Shown here one piece after another: positions 1-8,240 of a stretch of DNA of 64,000 nucleotides. How positions within the stretch are numbered: position 1 is the first letter of the stretch; each line of letters starts with the position of its first letter. The notes under the pieces were generated by a model. The model searched no databases and was not told the origin of the DNA. It saw only the letters and a program-made list of their open reading frames with translations. Source of the stretch: an uncultured Muribaculaceae bacterium (GTDB lineage Bacteria > Bacillota_I > Bacilli_A > RF39 > UBA660); contig CAYJFC010000002.1 in NCBI GenBank assembly GCA_964369625.1, positions 5,502-69,501 of the forward strand, written 5' to 3'. A program made the position numbers and the translations under genes.

Positions 1-39
1 CATTTTTCCCTCTTTCTAAAATAAAAAAGAACAATACCC

Positions 40-90
40 AAGGAGTGCCTTAGGCACGGTACCATCCTTTTATTTACTTTTTTTATTTTT
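40..90. terminator. Hairpin AAGGA-GTGCC-TTA-GGCAC-...-TCCTT followed by T-rich tract. Possible intrinsic terminator for an upstream + gene and/or the minus-strand RSH gene.
   Basis: Perfect palindrome GTGCCTTAGGCAC at 45-57 with outer AAGGA/TCCTT arms, then TTTATTTACTTTTTTTATTTTT on + strand. Confidence 0.3.
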
Positions 91-253
91 AACGACTTTT
101 AGCCGATTAATCTAGGAAAGTAGCATAATTAATAAAATTCACTAATTTTCACCATCCATTAGCTCTCTTTTTGAAATTTATATTAATTAATTCTTTCTTA
201 AACGATTACAAATATAATATATCATATTTACAAGTAATTATCAACTTCATAAA

Positions 254-1453
254 TTATGAATTATGAATATTTTTTCTAGTCAACAATTCAGATTTAACTC
301 TTTCCATAAATTTTTCACTATCTGAGTTTTTATTTTCCAAGTTACTTTGTTCTTCGGATATTAGCTTCAATGATTTAAAAAATTCTGATTTTTGCATTTT
401 TTCAAGCATTTTATCAGGAGCTAATCCTTCGTATTTTTTCCAATAACCGATGAGCCCATATGTACTAATATATTGCATATCTTTTGTCAATATTTTAAAT
501 TGAATCACTTTATTTTCATACTTAACTTTGGTATGTATAGCCCTATAGTTATTATCTTTAGTATTAACTATGTAGTCATTTACAATTCCATCATGTGATT
601 CATAAGTGTTTTTTATAATTTCTAATATTTTATAACAATCATCTTCAGTTTCTGTAATAATCTTAAATGAATAAATATCATGTATTTCTTCGTAAGGAAT
701 ACCTTCTTCTAATTTCAAAAATATTCGATATTTATTTTTTGTTCTAAGTTCTATCTCACAATCAATACCAGCTTTTTCTAATAATAATTTCTTAAACTCT
801 ACTATATAACTAAATAACGATGTTTTTATACTTTTTTCTTGATTATCTAGTTTACTTGTTATTTCGTCATACTGATTAGATTCTAAATATTTAAAAGATA
901 AATCTTCCAATTTTCTTTTTAAATTATAGGCTCCAATATAATATGCAAGTGGTGCATACACTTCCATTGTTTGAAGCGCTATTCTTTTTTGTTTAAAATC
1001 AGGAAGTGCATCAAGCGTTTGCATATTGTGTAGTCTATCTACGAGTTTTAATATTATTATCCTTATGTCATAATTAACACTTCTAATTAATTTTGCATTA
1101 TTAAGAACTTCTAATTTCACTTTTTGATGAGTAGTAATTTTAGATATTTTAGTTACTCCTTCAACTAAAGAAACAATAGTTTTGCCAAATAATTTTTCAA
1201 GCGCATGATAAGTCATTGTAGTATCTTCTACTAAATCATGGAGTAAAGCAGCGCATAATGTTGCACCATCAGCATGCATATTAGCAAGCATTGTAGCTAC
1301 CGCTAAAGGATGAATAATATATGGTTCTCCACTTTTACGATATTGATGCATATGAAATTTATTAGCAATCTCATATGCAAATTTCACTTTTTTTAATTCA
1401 TCCGGATTATAAGATTCTACTATTTTCAATAGTTTTTCTATATTATACTCCAT
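254..1453 (-). CDS. RelA/SpoT-homolog (long RSH) containing HD hydrolase and synthetase domains only (399 aa). No TGS/helical/ACT C-terminal region.
   Basis: HD motif HDLVEDT with upstream His. Synthetase motifs RTKNKYRIF, DIYSFKII, DDCYKILEII, DYIVNTKDNNYRAIHTKV. ORF stops about 70 aa after the synthetase domain. SD AAGGGGA 8 nt upstream of ATG. Confidence 0.75.
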   Translation of the reverse strand: MEYNIEKLLKIVESYNPDELKKVKFAYEIANKFHMHQYRKSGEPYIIHPLAVATMLANMHADGATLCAALLHDLVEDTTMTYHALEKLFGKTIVSLVEGVTKISKITTHQKVKLEVLNNAKLIRSVNYDIRIIILKLVDRLHNMQTLDALPDFKQKRIALQTMEVYAPLAYYIGAYNLKRKLEDLSFKYLESNQYDEITSKLDNQEKSIKTSLFSYIVEFKKLLLEKAGIDCEIELRTKNKYRIFLKLEEGIPYEEIHDIYSFKIITETEDDCYKILEIIKNTYESHDGIVNDYIVNTKDNNYRAIHTKVKYENKVIQFKILTKDMQYISTYGLIGYWKKYEGLAPDKMLEKMQKSEFFKSLKLISEEQSNLENKNSDSEKFMERVKSELLTRKNIHNS

Positions 1454-1469
1454 ACATATTTCCCCTTTG

Positions 1470-1518
1470 AATGATAGTATTTTACTATTTTATACTGTAT
1501 TTGTCAATGATAGTATTT
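1470..1518. repeat. Two direct copies of AATGATAGTATTT (1470-1482 and 1506-1518) in the divergent promoter region. Candidate operator.
   Basis: Exact 13-nt direct repeat spaced 36 bp apart. Copies overlap the -10 and -35 of the minus-strand promoter and abut the -35 of the plus-strand promoter. Confidence 0.4.
1479..1507 (-). promoter_or_regulatory. Sigma-A-type promoter for the RSH gene: TTGACA, 17 nt spacer, TAAAAT.
   Basis: Reverse complement of 1502-1507 is TTGACA and of 1479-1484 is TAAAAT, with exact 17-nt spacing. Confidence 0.45.
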
Positions 1519-1545
1519 GCATTGATAATATATATATATTATAAT
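1517..1545 (+). promoter_or_regulatory. Sigma-A-type promoter for the lysozyme gene: TTGCAT, 17 nt spacer, TATAAT.
   Basis: TTGCAT at 1517-1522, TATAAT at 1540-1545. AAAGGA SD at 1555-1560. Confidence 0.45.
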
Positions 1546-1570
1546 ATTTTTATTAAAGGACGTGATTAAA

Positions 1571-2770
1571 ATGTGGAAGAAAATATTTATTATTGCTTTG
1601 CCACTTACATTATTAATAGGAGCAATAATGATATATTCATTTATGGATGAAGAAAAAATTGAATTTAACGATACATATTATACATATGAAGATAATTTAA
1701 GTTATGAATACTATGAAGAAATTAATTTAGAAGATATATTAGTTTTCAGCAAAAATGCAAAACTTATAACAAGTAGCTTTATAGATACTAAAAAGTTAGG
1801 CAATAATAAATATACATTTGAGTATATTGTTGATGAAAAAAAATTTACAGGTAACATTTCATATGAGGTTGTTGATACTACTAAACCATTAATTTTAAAT
1901 TCTAGCAATTACACGATCAAAACTGGAAATGAGTTTAACATGCTTGATTATACTTTATGCGCAGATAACCATGATAAAAACCCTGAATGTAAAATAATTG
2001 GAGAATATGATATAAATACCGCTGGAATATATAATTTAGAAGTGGAAGCTACTGATTCTAGTAATAATCAAACTACAAATAAATTTACTTTAACAGTTAA
2101 AGATGAAGTAACTACATCTAGCTACACACCTACTCCTATTTATCTTGATGATATTATCAGTAAACACAAAAATGAAAATACTGCAATAGGAATAGATGTT
2201 TCAAAATGGCAAGGTGAAGTCGACTATGAAAAAGTTAAAGAAGCTGGTGTTGAATTTGTTTTTATTAGAATTGGATGGGGTCATAATGATGATAACGAAA
2301 GTGTTTTAGATGAATATTTTAAAGAAAATTTAACAAATGCAAAAAAAGCTGGTTTAGATGTTGGATTATATTACTATAGTTATGCTAATACAATTGAAGA
2401 AGTTAAAAAACAAGCAAACTGGATAATTGATACTTTAGATGGAGAAAAATTAGAATTACCTATATCATTTGACTGGGAAGAATGGTCAAAATTCAATGAA
2501 TATGATATGAGTTTAGTAGATATAAATAATTTAGCAGATGCTTTTATTAGCGAAATAGAAAAAAACGGATATGAAGCTATTAATTATGGTAGCGCAAGTT
2601 ACCTTAGGAATATATGGACATTATATGATCATGATATATGGCTTGCCCACTATACATCACAAACTAATTACGAAGGTTCTTACTATATATGGCAACTTAC
2701 TAATGCTGGCGTTGTAAATGGAGTTAGTGGTGATGTAGATATAAATGTTTTATATAAAAATAAAAAGTAG
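1571..2770 (+). CDS. Membrane-anchored GH25 muramidase (lysozyme) with N-terminal signal-anchor and Ig-like repeats.
   Basis: GH25 signature IGIDVSKWQGEVDYEKVKEAGVEFVFIRIGWG. N-terminal hydrophobic segment. The ATG at 1571 is preferred over the track GTG at 1562 because of SD spacing. Confidence 0.75.
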   Translation: MWKKIFIIALPLTLLIGAIMIYSFMDEEKIEFNDTYYTYEDNLSYEYYEEINLEDILVFSKNAKLITSSFIDTKKLGNNKYTFEYIVDEKKFTGNISYEVVDTTKPLILNSSNYTIKTGNEFNMLDYTLCADNHDKNPECKIIGEYDINTAGIYNLEVEATDSSNNQTTNKFTLTVKDEVTTSSYTPTPIYLDDIISKHKNENTAIGIDVSKWQGEVDYEKVKEAGVEFVFIRIGWGHNDDNESVLDEYFKENLTNAKKAGLDVGLYYYSYANTIEEVKKQANWIIDTLDGEKLELPISFDWEEWSKFNEYDMSLVDINNLADAFISEIEKNGYEAINYGSASYLRNIWTLYDHDIWLAHYTSQTNYEGSYYIWQLTNAGVVNGVSGDVDINVLYKNKK

Positions 2771-2787
2771 ATTACATCTACTTTTTT
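2767..2787. terminator. Bidirectional intrinsic terminator shared by the convergent lysozyme and Nudix genes.
   Basis: GTAGAT-TAC-ATCTAC stem-loop flanked by A-run (2762-2766) and TTTTTT (2782-2787). Both stop codons lie within the stem. Confidence 0.6.
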
Positions 2788-3278
2788 AAAAGATAATCCA
2801 AAATAATTGAACGATTAGATATTCTAATCTTTTTTTCTTTCAACATATTTTTTAATTTTTCTTTATTTATAAATTCAGCATACTCTACTTCACTTTTTTG
2901 ATATATTAATTTTTTTATATCAACATCCATCTTTAGATAAAAAACATCCCATATTTGATGAGTCTCTTTAAAAGTTTGAAATATTGATATGTCTTTGTGA
3001 TTTATATCCAGTCCTATTTCTTCCTTAACTTCTTTAACTATACATGTAATTGAGTCATCTCCACTTATAACATGACCTCCTGTTAAAGCAAAGATACTTC
3101 CTTTTTCCTTAGAGGTATACTGCATTAATATTTCCCCTTTAGTATTTTCTATAATTATAACTGCTATTAAATAGTAATAACCATCTTCAACTTCATTTCT
3201 GACATTTTTTGTTCTCAAAATTTTTTTCCCTGTAAACACATTATTACAATTATATAAATCTAAATATTCTTTTTTCAT
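2778..3278 (-). CDS. Nudix hydrolase (166 aa).
   Basis: Nudix box variant GGHVISGDDSITCIVKEVKEEIGLDI (G-x5-D-x7-KEVxEExGL). Confidence 0.6.
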   Translation of the reverse strand: MKKEYLDLYNCNNVFTGKKILRTKNVRNEVEDGYYYLIAVIIIENTKGEILMQYTSKEKGSIFALTGGHVISGDDSITCIVKEVKEEIGLDINHKDISIFQTFKETHQIWDVFYLKMDVDIKKLIYQKSEVEYAEFINKEKLKNMLKEKKIRISNRSIILDYLLKK

Positions 3279-3289
3279 TTGCTCCCTTT

Positions 3290-4168
3290 CTAATTATTTT
3301 GATAATATTTTTTATAACGTTGAAAATTATGAGTTCTTAATAATTTTTTTAATATTGAATTTTGAATAGCACAAATTCTAGATCTACTTAATCCTAATTC
3401 TTCCCCTATTTGTTCTAACGTATAGCATTTTTTATCTTCAAAAAAACCAAATCTGGCCATTATTATATACTTTTCTCTTTGTGTTAATATTGAATCTAAA
3501 GACTGCAGTATATCTTTTGATAAAAAATTATTTTCCGCTATTTCTTCAATGTTTTCCGTTAACAAAGCTCCATTTGTATATTTTAAAGCATCAAATTTTT
3601 CAATATTTTCTCTTTGGTCAGAATTAAATTCATCCTTTTCATCTAAATAAAGTATATTAGACATCCTATTATAAATCAATACTAATTTTTTATAAGAAAT
3701 GTTGTTTTTTGCCGCAAATTCCTCCATAGAAAAAGGAATTTCTAATAATTCATTATTTCTTTTTTCTTTTAATAGTTTTAAATATAACTCGTGTTTATCA
3801 TCAGGTAATCTTAACAACGTATCTTTTTTGAGACCTTTAATAATAACAGATTTAACATGTATATATACCCATGTGGTAAACTTAACATTTTTTTTATACT
3901 CAAAATTTTGCGTTGCATTAATAAGTCCTATATTTGCATATTGAATTATATCACTAATTTCAAATGCATTTTTAACAGCTGGATATTTATAATATTTAAA
4001 AGCTAGTTCCATAGCATATTTTATATTTCCTTTTATAATTTTTGAATAATAATCTTCACCAGTATTTTCCATTTCTATGTATAATTTTAATGTTTCATCT
4101 GCATTTAAAACTTGATAATTATTTATATCTTCTAAATACTGTTTATATGCTAATTCATAATTTTCCAT
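3290..4168 (-). CDS. Sigma-70 family alternative sigma factor, group-3 (FliA/SigD-like) architecture (292 aa).
   Basis: Region 2-like DIIQYANIGLINATQNFEY...FTTWVYIHVKSVI. Region 4 HTH LTQREKYIIMARFG...YTLEQIGEELGLSRSRICAIQNSILKKL. Confidence 0.6.
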   Translation of the reverse strand: MENYELAYKQYLEDINNYQVLNADETLKLYIEMENTGEDYYSKIIKGNIKYAMELAFKYYKYPAVKNAFEISDIIQYANIGLINATQNFEYKKNVKFTTWVYIHVKSVIIKGLKKDTLLRLPDDKHELYLKLLKEKRNNELLEIPFSMEEFAAKNNISYKKLVLIYNRMSNILYLDEKDEFNSDQRENIEKFDALKYTNGALLTENIEEIAENNFLSKDILQSLDSILTQREKYIIMARFGFFEDKKCYTLEQIGEELGLSRSRICAIQNSILKKLLRTHNFQRYKKYYQNN

Positions 4169-4199
4169 GAAATCACCCCTTTTAATATGGGTTATTATA

Positions 4200-4793
4200 T
4201 CATAAATTATTTTTTTGTAAATCTTTTAATGAATATCCCATTTTTTCAAGGTAATAATATATTTTTTCGACTGGAATCCCCAATATGTTATAGTAGCTTC
4301 CATCAATTTTTTCTATAAAATTTGATAATATAGTTTCTATAATGTAACCAGATGCATGCATAATACCTTTTTCATTTTCTAAATAATAATTTATATCTTC
4401 TTCCTTTATTTTTCTTAATGATATCTTAGTAATTTGATAGTCTGTTATAATTTCTTTTGTATTATTATTTATAATAGTAATGCCAGTTACAACTTCTGAA
4501 GTTTTCCCCATAGTAAGCAATATATTTTCTTTAGCTTCTTCTATAGATTTTGGTTTTTCCATTACTTTTCCATTAATATAAACTACTGTATCTAGTCCTA
4601 TAATAATATTATCGTTTTTATCACATATAGCATTACTAGCCTTCCCTAATGATAAAGCCTTAACATATTCATATACATCATCACGATTATCTAATTCTTC
4701 TACAAAGTTACTTTTTACACATTCATGATTAAGATGTACCTTACTAAGTATTTCGCTCTTAAATTTAGAAGTACTTGCCAACATTAATTTCAT
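4200..4793 (-). CDS. maf: Maf-family nucleoside triphosphate pyrophosphatase with atypical N-terminal motif.
   Basis: LASTSKFK (versus canonical LASxSPRR), GLDTVV, EKPKSIEEA motifs. Start ATG is adjacent to the stop of the upstream phosphatase gene. Confidence 0.7.
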   Translation of the reverse strand: MKLMLASTSKFKSEILSKVHLNHECVKSNFVEELDNRDDVYEYVKALSLGKASNAICDKNDNIIIGLDTVVYINGKVMEKPKSIEEAKENILLTMGKTSEVVTGITIINNNTKEIITDYQITKISLRKIKEEDINYYLENEKGIMHASGYIIETILSNFIEKIDGSYYNILGIPVEKIYYYLEKMGYSLKDLQKNNL

Positions 4794-4794
4794 A

Positions 4795-5331
4795 TTAATC
4801 CTCTTTTCTTAAATCATAAGTAATAAATTCACAATTATTTAATTTATAACTATCATAATCATCATTTTTAGGGAATCCCTCAAAATATATTCTCATATAA
4901 ATACTAGTTCCTGCATGTGTAACAACTAATATATTCTTATCTGCATACTTTTCTTTAATTTCATCTAGAAAGTTAAATACACGATTCAGCAAATTCTTAG
5001 TAGGCTCAATATTATATTTTTCAATGCATTTTTCATCTCTATAATTAATGATTTTAATTATTTCATCAACATGCATACCTTCTAAATCGCCATTACCTCT
5101 TTCGATAATTCTATCATCAATAGTTATTTTTTCATTAGTAATAATTGATGCAGTTTTTAAAGCTCTTGAAAGAGGACTAGAATATACAACATCAAATTTT
5201 ATATTCTTTAATTTTTCTTTAACAATTCCAGCTTCATAAATTCCAGTTTCATTTAATGGTATATCAGCTTGCCCTTGATGTTTTTTTAATTTGTTCCAAT
5301 TTGTTTGACCATGCCTTACTATATATAACAT
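4795..5331 (-). CDS. Histidine phosphatase (phosphoglycerate-mutase family), 178 aa. True start is internal to the track ORF.
   Basis: MLYIVRHGQTNWN motif. GGAGG SD (reverse complement of 5336-5340) 4 nt before ATG at 5331. The 15 extra N-terminal codons in the track lack an RBS. Confidence 0.7.
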   Translation of the reverse strand: MLYIVRHGQTNWNKLKKHQGQADIPLNETGIYEAGIVKEKLKNIKFDVVYSSPLSRALKTASIITNEKITIDDRIIERGNGDLEGMHVDEIIKIINYRDEKCIEKYNIEPTKNLLNRVFNFLDEIKEKYADKNILVVTHAGTSIYMRIYFEGFPKNDDYDSYKLNNCEFITYDLRKED

Positions 5332-5396
5332 ACTACCTCCATTTTTATCATTATAACATAAAAAATAGATAATCAATATTATCTATTTAACTAATC

Positions 5397-5999
5397 TTAT
5401 CTAACATATGTACTTACATGTGTTAAATAAGATTCATCTTTAACTATTATATTATCATTTTCAAATAAGTGTAATATATTTTCTCCGGTAGTAACCGAAT
5501 AAAAATTTTCACCAATTGAAAGTGTATTTTCTTCTCTTAGTAAATTACAAACTATATCTAATTTATTTTTTTCTTTTTTTAAATCATCACTATTTCCCAG
5601 ATCAACTAACTTATTTTCTATATCGTTTCTATTAACTAACCAGTTTTTTGATAATTTGTATTTTTTTATTTCTTCTTTATCAAAATTAAATGGCGACTCT
5701 AAAAAATCTTGTCTACTAGAGCACTCTCTTTGTTTTTCACTAATAGTATACGCTTTAAGCGGTAAATCACTTATAATTTCAAATGCACATAAAATATCAT
5801 TTTTTGCCATTAATATATAATCTATATTCATTTTTTCTATTCCTGCTAATATTATTTCCAAAACATTTTTTGATGCATGGTATTTTTCCTCAGTATTATA
5901 TTTACACTGTAAATAAGCTGAATTAACTAAAGATACAGGCACGTAAAGCGCTAATATATCCTCATCTTGTATTATTTCATTATACGAATAATTTTTCAT
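5397..5999 (-). CDS. Hypothetical protein (200 aa), no recognisable motif.
   Basis: Long ORF in AT-rich DNA, tightly packed in a co-directional operon. Confidence 0.5.
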   Translation of the reverse strand: MKNYSYNEIIQDEDILALYVPVSLVNSAYLQCKYNTEEKYHASKNVLEIILAGIEKMNIDYILMAKNDILCAFEIISDLPLKAYTISEKQRECSSRQDFLESPFNFDKEEIKKYKLSKNWLVNRNDIENKLVDLGNSDDLKKEKNKLDIVCNLLREENTLSIGENFYSVTTGENILHLFENDNIIVKDESYLTHVSTYVR

Positions 6000-6053
6000 A
6001 TCTTTCTCCTTATATAATTATATTATATCACTATAATTGATATTTTAGAACCT

Positions 6054-7103
6054 CTATTTTACTTTTATCTCTACTTCATTTAGAATATCATTATTTACTT
6101 CCAAATCATTAATTTTAAGTTGTAATTTATCTTCTGGACCACTAGGTATATTAGTTATATCTATATTTTCATAATGATATGCCATTCTTAAACAAAGATT
6201 AATTAATTTATTTGTGATGTTATACTGTATGTTATCAGCATTAATTAATTTTAACTTACAATCATATTTTGATTGGTCATTATAATACTTATTTTTATTG
6301 TATATTGATAATAGTTTAGCATTATATCTTATAGGCATCATATGAATAACCTCAATATCTTTTATACTTTTTGCAAAAGCCGTTCTTATAATACTATTAA
6401 ATGCGTATACAAAACTGTGAGTAACATTCATAATATCATCATCAAAAGATATATCACCATTTAATTTATAAAGTTTTCTATTTACTTTTTTTGCAAATTT
6501 ATTCGTATTATTTTTATTTGACTGCATAGCATATAAATATAATTTATTATCAGAAATACCATAATATATAAGAGGAAAAAAATATTCCAATCCATTTAAG
6601 GATAATTTAATTTCTAAAGCATAAGGCGTTTCATTAACTATTTTACTTTTAATAGTTTTAACTATTAAATCAGATTCAAAAAAAGAAGAATATTCAAAGC
6701 AAGTTTCATTTATCAATTTATTTTCAAAAAACTGTATTCTATTTTTTAAAAAATATATAGGATTTTCAAAATCATATACAGTAGCATTTGACCACAATAA
6801 AGATAAAATTGTTTTGATTTTATAATAATCATTACAATCATCTTCAAGTAATTCTTCAAATTCATAAAAATCTAGCGCTTTTTCTACATAAATGCCTAGT
6901 AATTCGTTAAACAATGATATATTATTTATTTTTAATGTCGGAACAGTATATTCATTAAAAGTATCATTACATTTCATATCAATTCCTAATTCAGAAATTT
7001 TAGTATTAAAAAGTATATTATATTTAAAATAACTTTCTACACATCCTTTAGATGCCTCTTGAATTATTTCTTCAAAAAATATTTTAATACATTTTTTATC
7101 CAT
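6054..7103 (-). CDS. Hypothetical protein (349 aa), no recognisable motif.
   Basis: Long ORF. A 4-nt gap separates it from the upstream kinase gene. Confidence 0.5.
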   Translation of the reverse strand: MDKKCIKIFFEEIIQEASKGCVESYFKYNILFNTKISELGIDMKCNDTFNEYTVPTLKINNISLFNELLGIYVEKALDFYEFEELLEDDCNDYYKIKTILSLLWSNATVYDFENPIYFLKNRIQFFENKLINETCFEYSSFFESDLIVKTIKSKIVNETPYALEIKLSLNGLEYFFPLIYYGISDNKLYLYAMQSNKNNTNKFAKKVNRKLYKLNGDISFDDDIMNVTHSFVYAFNSIIRTAFAKSIKDIEVIHMMPIRYNAKLLSIYNKNKYYNDQSKYDCKLKLINADNIQYNITNKLINLCLRMAYHYENIDITNIPSGPEDKLQLKINDLEVNNDILNEVEIKVK

Positions 7104-7107
7104 ATAT

Positions 7108-7923
7108 TTACCCCTCTAATTTTTTTATTTCATCCCATTTATTTGCATATTTTTGCATATCAGATAGCATATATTTATATGCTCTACTCATTCTAATAAA
7201 GAAAATAATTTTAATATAAGAAGAAATATATTTTTCCTCTACTTCGCATAGTGAAATTATTTCTTTAAGTGATATCACATCAAATAATGTTGCATCAGAA
7301 AAACAATAAAAAATAAAATCATAAACAGGGTCACCAATTAAAGTTTCTGGATCAATTATAGCGACAAAATTATTATCTTTAACCATAGTATTATGTAGTC
7401 CAAAATCTCCATGAATAAGCTTTTTTTCAAAAGTATAATTCTTCATTTTATATAGTTCATCATTTATTATTTCAAAAGTTTCATTATCAAAATAATGGGT
7501 TAGAACTTCTCTTGCATCACTGCATTCATCCTGTAAAAATTCACACCATGAATTTTTAATATTATTATAATATCCATATCCATTACAATTAATTCTTTTA
7601 TAACTTTTAGTTATATCATATATAATCTTAATTAAATTAATTATTGGTCTCGCATCTTTACAATCATTTGCTTCCAGCATTTTATATACTATAAATTCAT
7701 TATCAACATCAATATCAATAAACTTTGGATAAAATTTATTTTCATATATCGAAAAATAAAATGCTTCTCCTTCTAAAACTTTTTTCTTCTTAAATTTAAA
7801 AAAATATTCATTATTAACATTATATGCTCTACTTTTACTACCACTTTCAATTAATTTACAATCAACTAAAGTAATATTTTTTTTTGACAAATATTTTTTT
7901 ATTATATTTACATCTCTTTCCAT
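7108..7923 (-). CDS. APH/choline-kinase-fold small-molecule phosphotransferase (CotS/APH family), 271 aa.
   Basis: Catalytic loop HGDFGLHNTMV and metal-binding IIDPETLIGDPVYDF. ATP-lysine region FKFKKKKVLEGE. Confidence 0.7.
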   Translation of the reverse strand: MERDVNIIKKYLSKKNITLVDCKLIESGSKSRAYNVNNEYFFKFKKKKVLEGEAFYFSIYENKFYPKFIDIDVDNEFIVYKMLEANDCKDARPIINLIKIIYDITKSYKRINCNGYGYYNNIKNSWCEFLQDECSDAREVLTHYFDNETFEIINDELYKMKNYTFEKKLIHGDFGLHNTMVKDNNFVAIIDPETLIGDPVYDFIFYCFSDATLFDVISLKEIISLCEVEEKYISSYIKIIFFIRMSRAYKYMLSDMQKYANKWDEIKKLEG

Positions 7924-7938
7924 ATAATTTCCTCTGAA

Positions 7939-7951
7939 TCAATTATAACAC
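7939..7951 (-). promoter_or_regulatory. Extended -10 promoter (TGTTATAAT) for the kinase operon.
   Basis: Reverse complement of 7942-7950 is TGTTATAAT, about 18 nt upstream of SD AGAGGAAA and ATG at 7923. No good -35. Confidence 0.4.
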
Positions 7952-8067
7952 TTTCGAAGCAAAAATAAATTTATATATTCAATTTTTCTTTTTCTAGTTT
8001 ATATTCATAAATAAACTTTTTGTAATCATCTTCTAATTTTACTGTTCCTTTGATTAATCCCACTGCG

Positions 8068-8190
8068 CACCTCTACTTAAAGTATATCATTTTTTACTTA
8101 TATTTAAAACTATTCCTATACTTGCAAGTGAAATTAATAAACTAGACCCACCATAACTAAGAAAAGGTAGAGTTACCCCCGTCACGTATA
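8068..8190. repeat. Direct-repeat copy A (about 89% identical to 9567-9692): duplicated 3' end of ftsW plus about 25 nt downstream including an SD-like AGAGGTG.
   Basis: By-eye alignment 8085-8190 versus 9588-9695 gives about 11 mismatches per 104 nt. The shared CACCTCT reverse-complement SD lies at 8068-8074 and 9567-9573. Confidence 0.8.
8087..8190 (-). pseudogene. Start-less fragment encoding the last 29 codons of FtsW ([29 protein letters not shown]), identical in protein to the real FtsW C-terminus.
   Basis: Minus-strand translation of 8087-8176 is identical at all 29 aa to the C-terminus of the 9591-10673 product. All 8 differing codons are synonymous. The frame has no Met and an upstream in-frame stop at 8236-8238. 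Confidence 0.7.
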
Positions 8191-8240
8191 TTTGGTTAGT
8201 ACTTTTTTATGGTTACACTTTTTAATTAGTCTATTTTATT

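Noticed and set aside
1711-1908. Antisense and nested short ORFs from the six-frame track (for example 1711-1908, 3699-3944, 5048-5239, 10270-10473, 12690-13031, 14827-15072, 31692-32417, 36079-36375, 39300-39905, 48936-49595, 50293-50673, 57126-57494, 59009-59227, 61801-62037, 62707-62892)
   Set aside because: Each lies entirely inside a well-supported gene on the opposite strand, has a low-complexity composition mirroring the host gene, and has no RBS. Judged as frame shadows.
1571-2770. GH25 lysozyme as a prophage endolysin
   Set aside because: It has an N-terminal membrane anchor and Ig-like repeats, and no holin, terminase, capsid or integrase genes are nearby. More likely a host autolysin.
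5332-5376. N-terminal 15 codons of the track ORF for the histidine phosphatase, and similar N-terminal extensions at 29448-29465, 54033-54071, 55400-55435 and 45102-45113
   Set aside because: An internal Met with a strong SD (GGAGG, AGGAGTGA or GAGGTG) and a proper signal peptide or conserved N-terminus immediately follows. The extensions lack RBSs.
8191-8240. attC-like integron recombination site downstream of the PurA-like gene
   Set aside because: No convincing imperfect inverted repeat (R''/L''-L'/R') structure in the 50 bp between the gene stop and repeat copy A.
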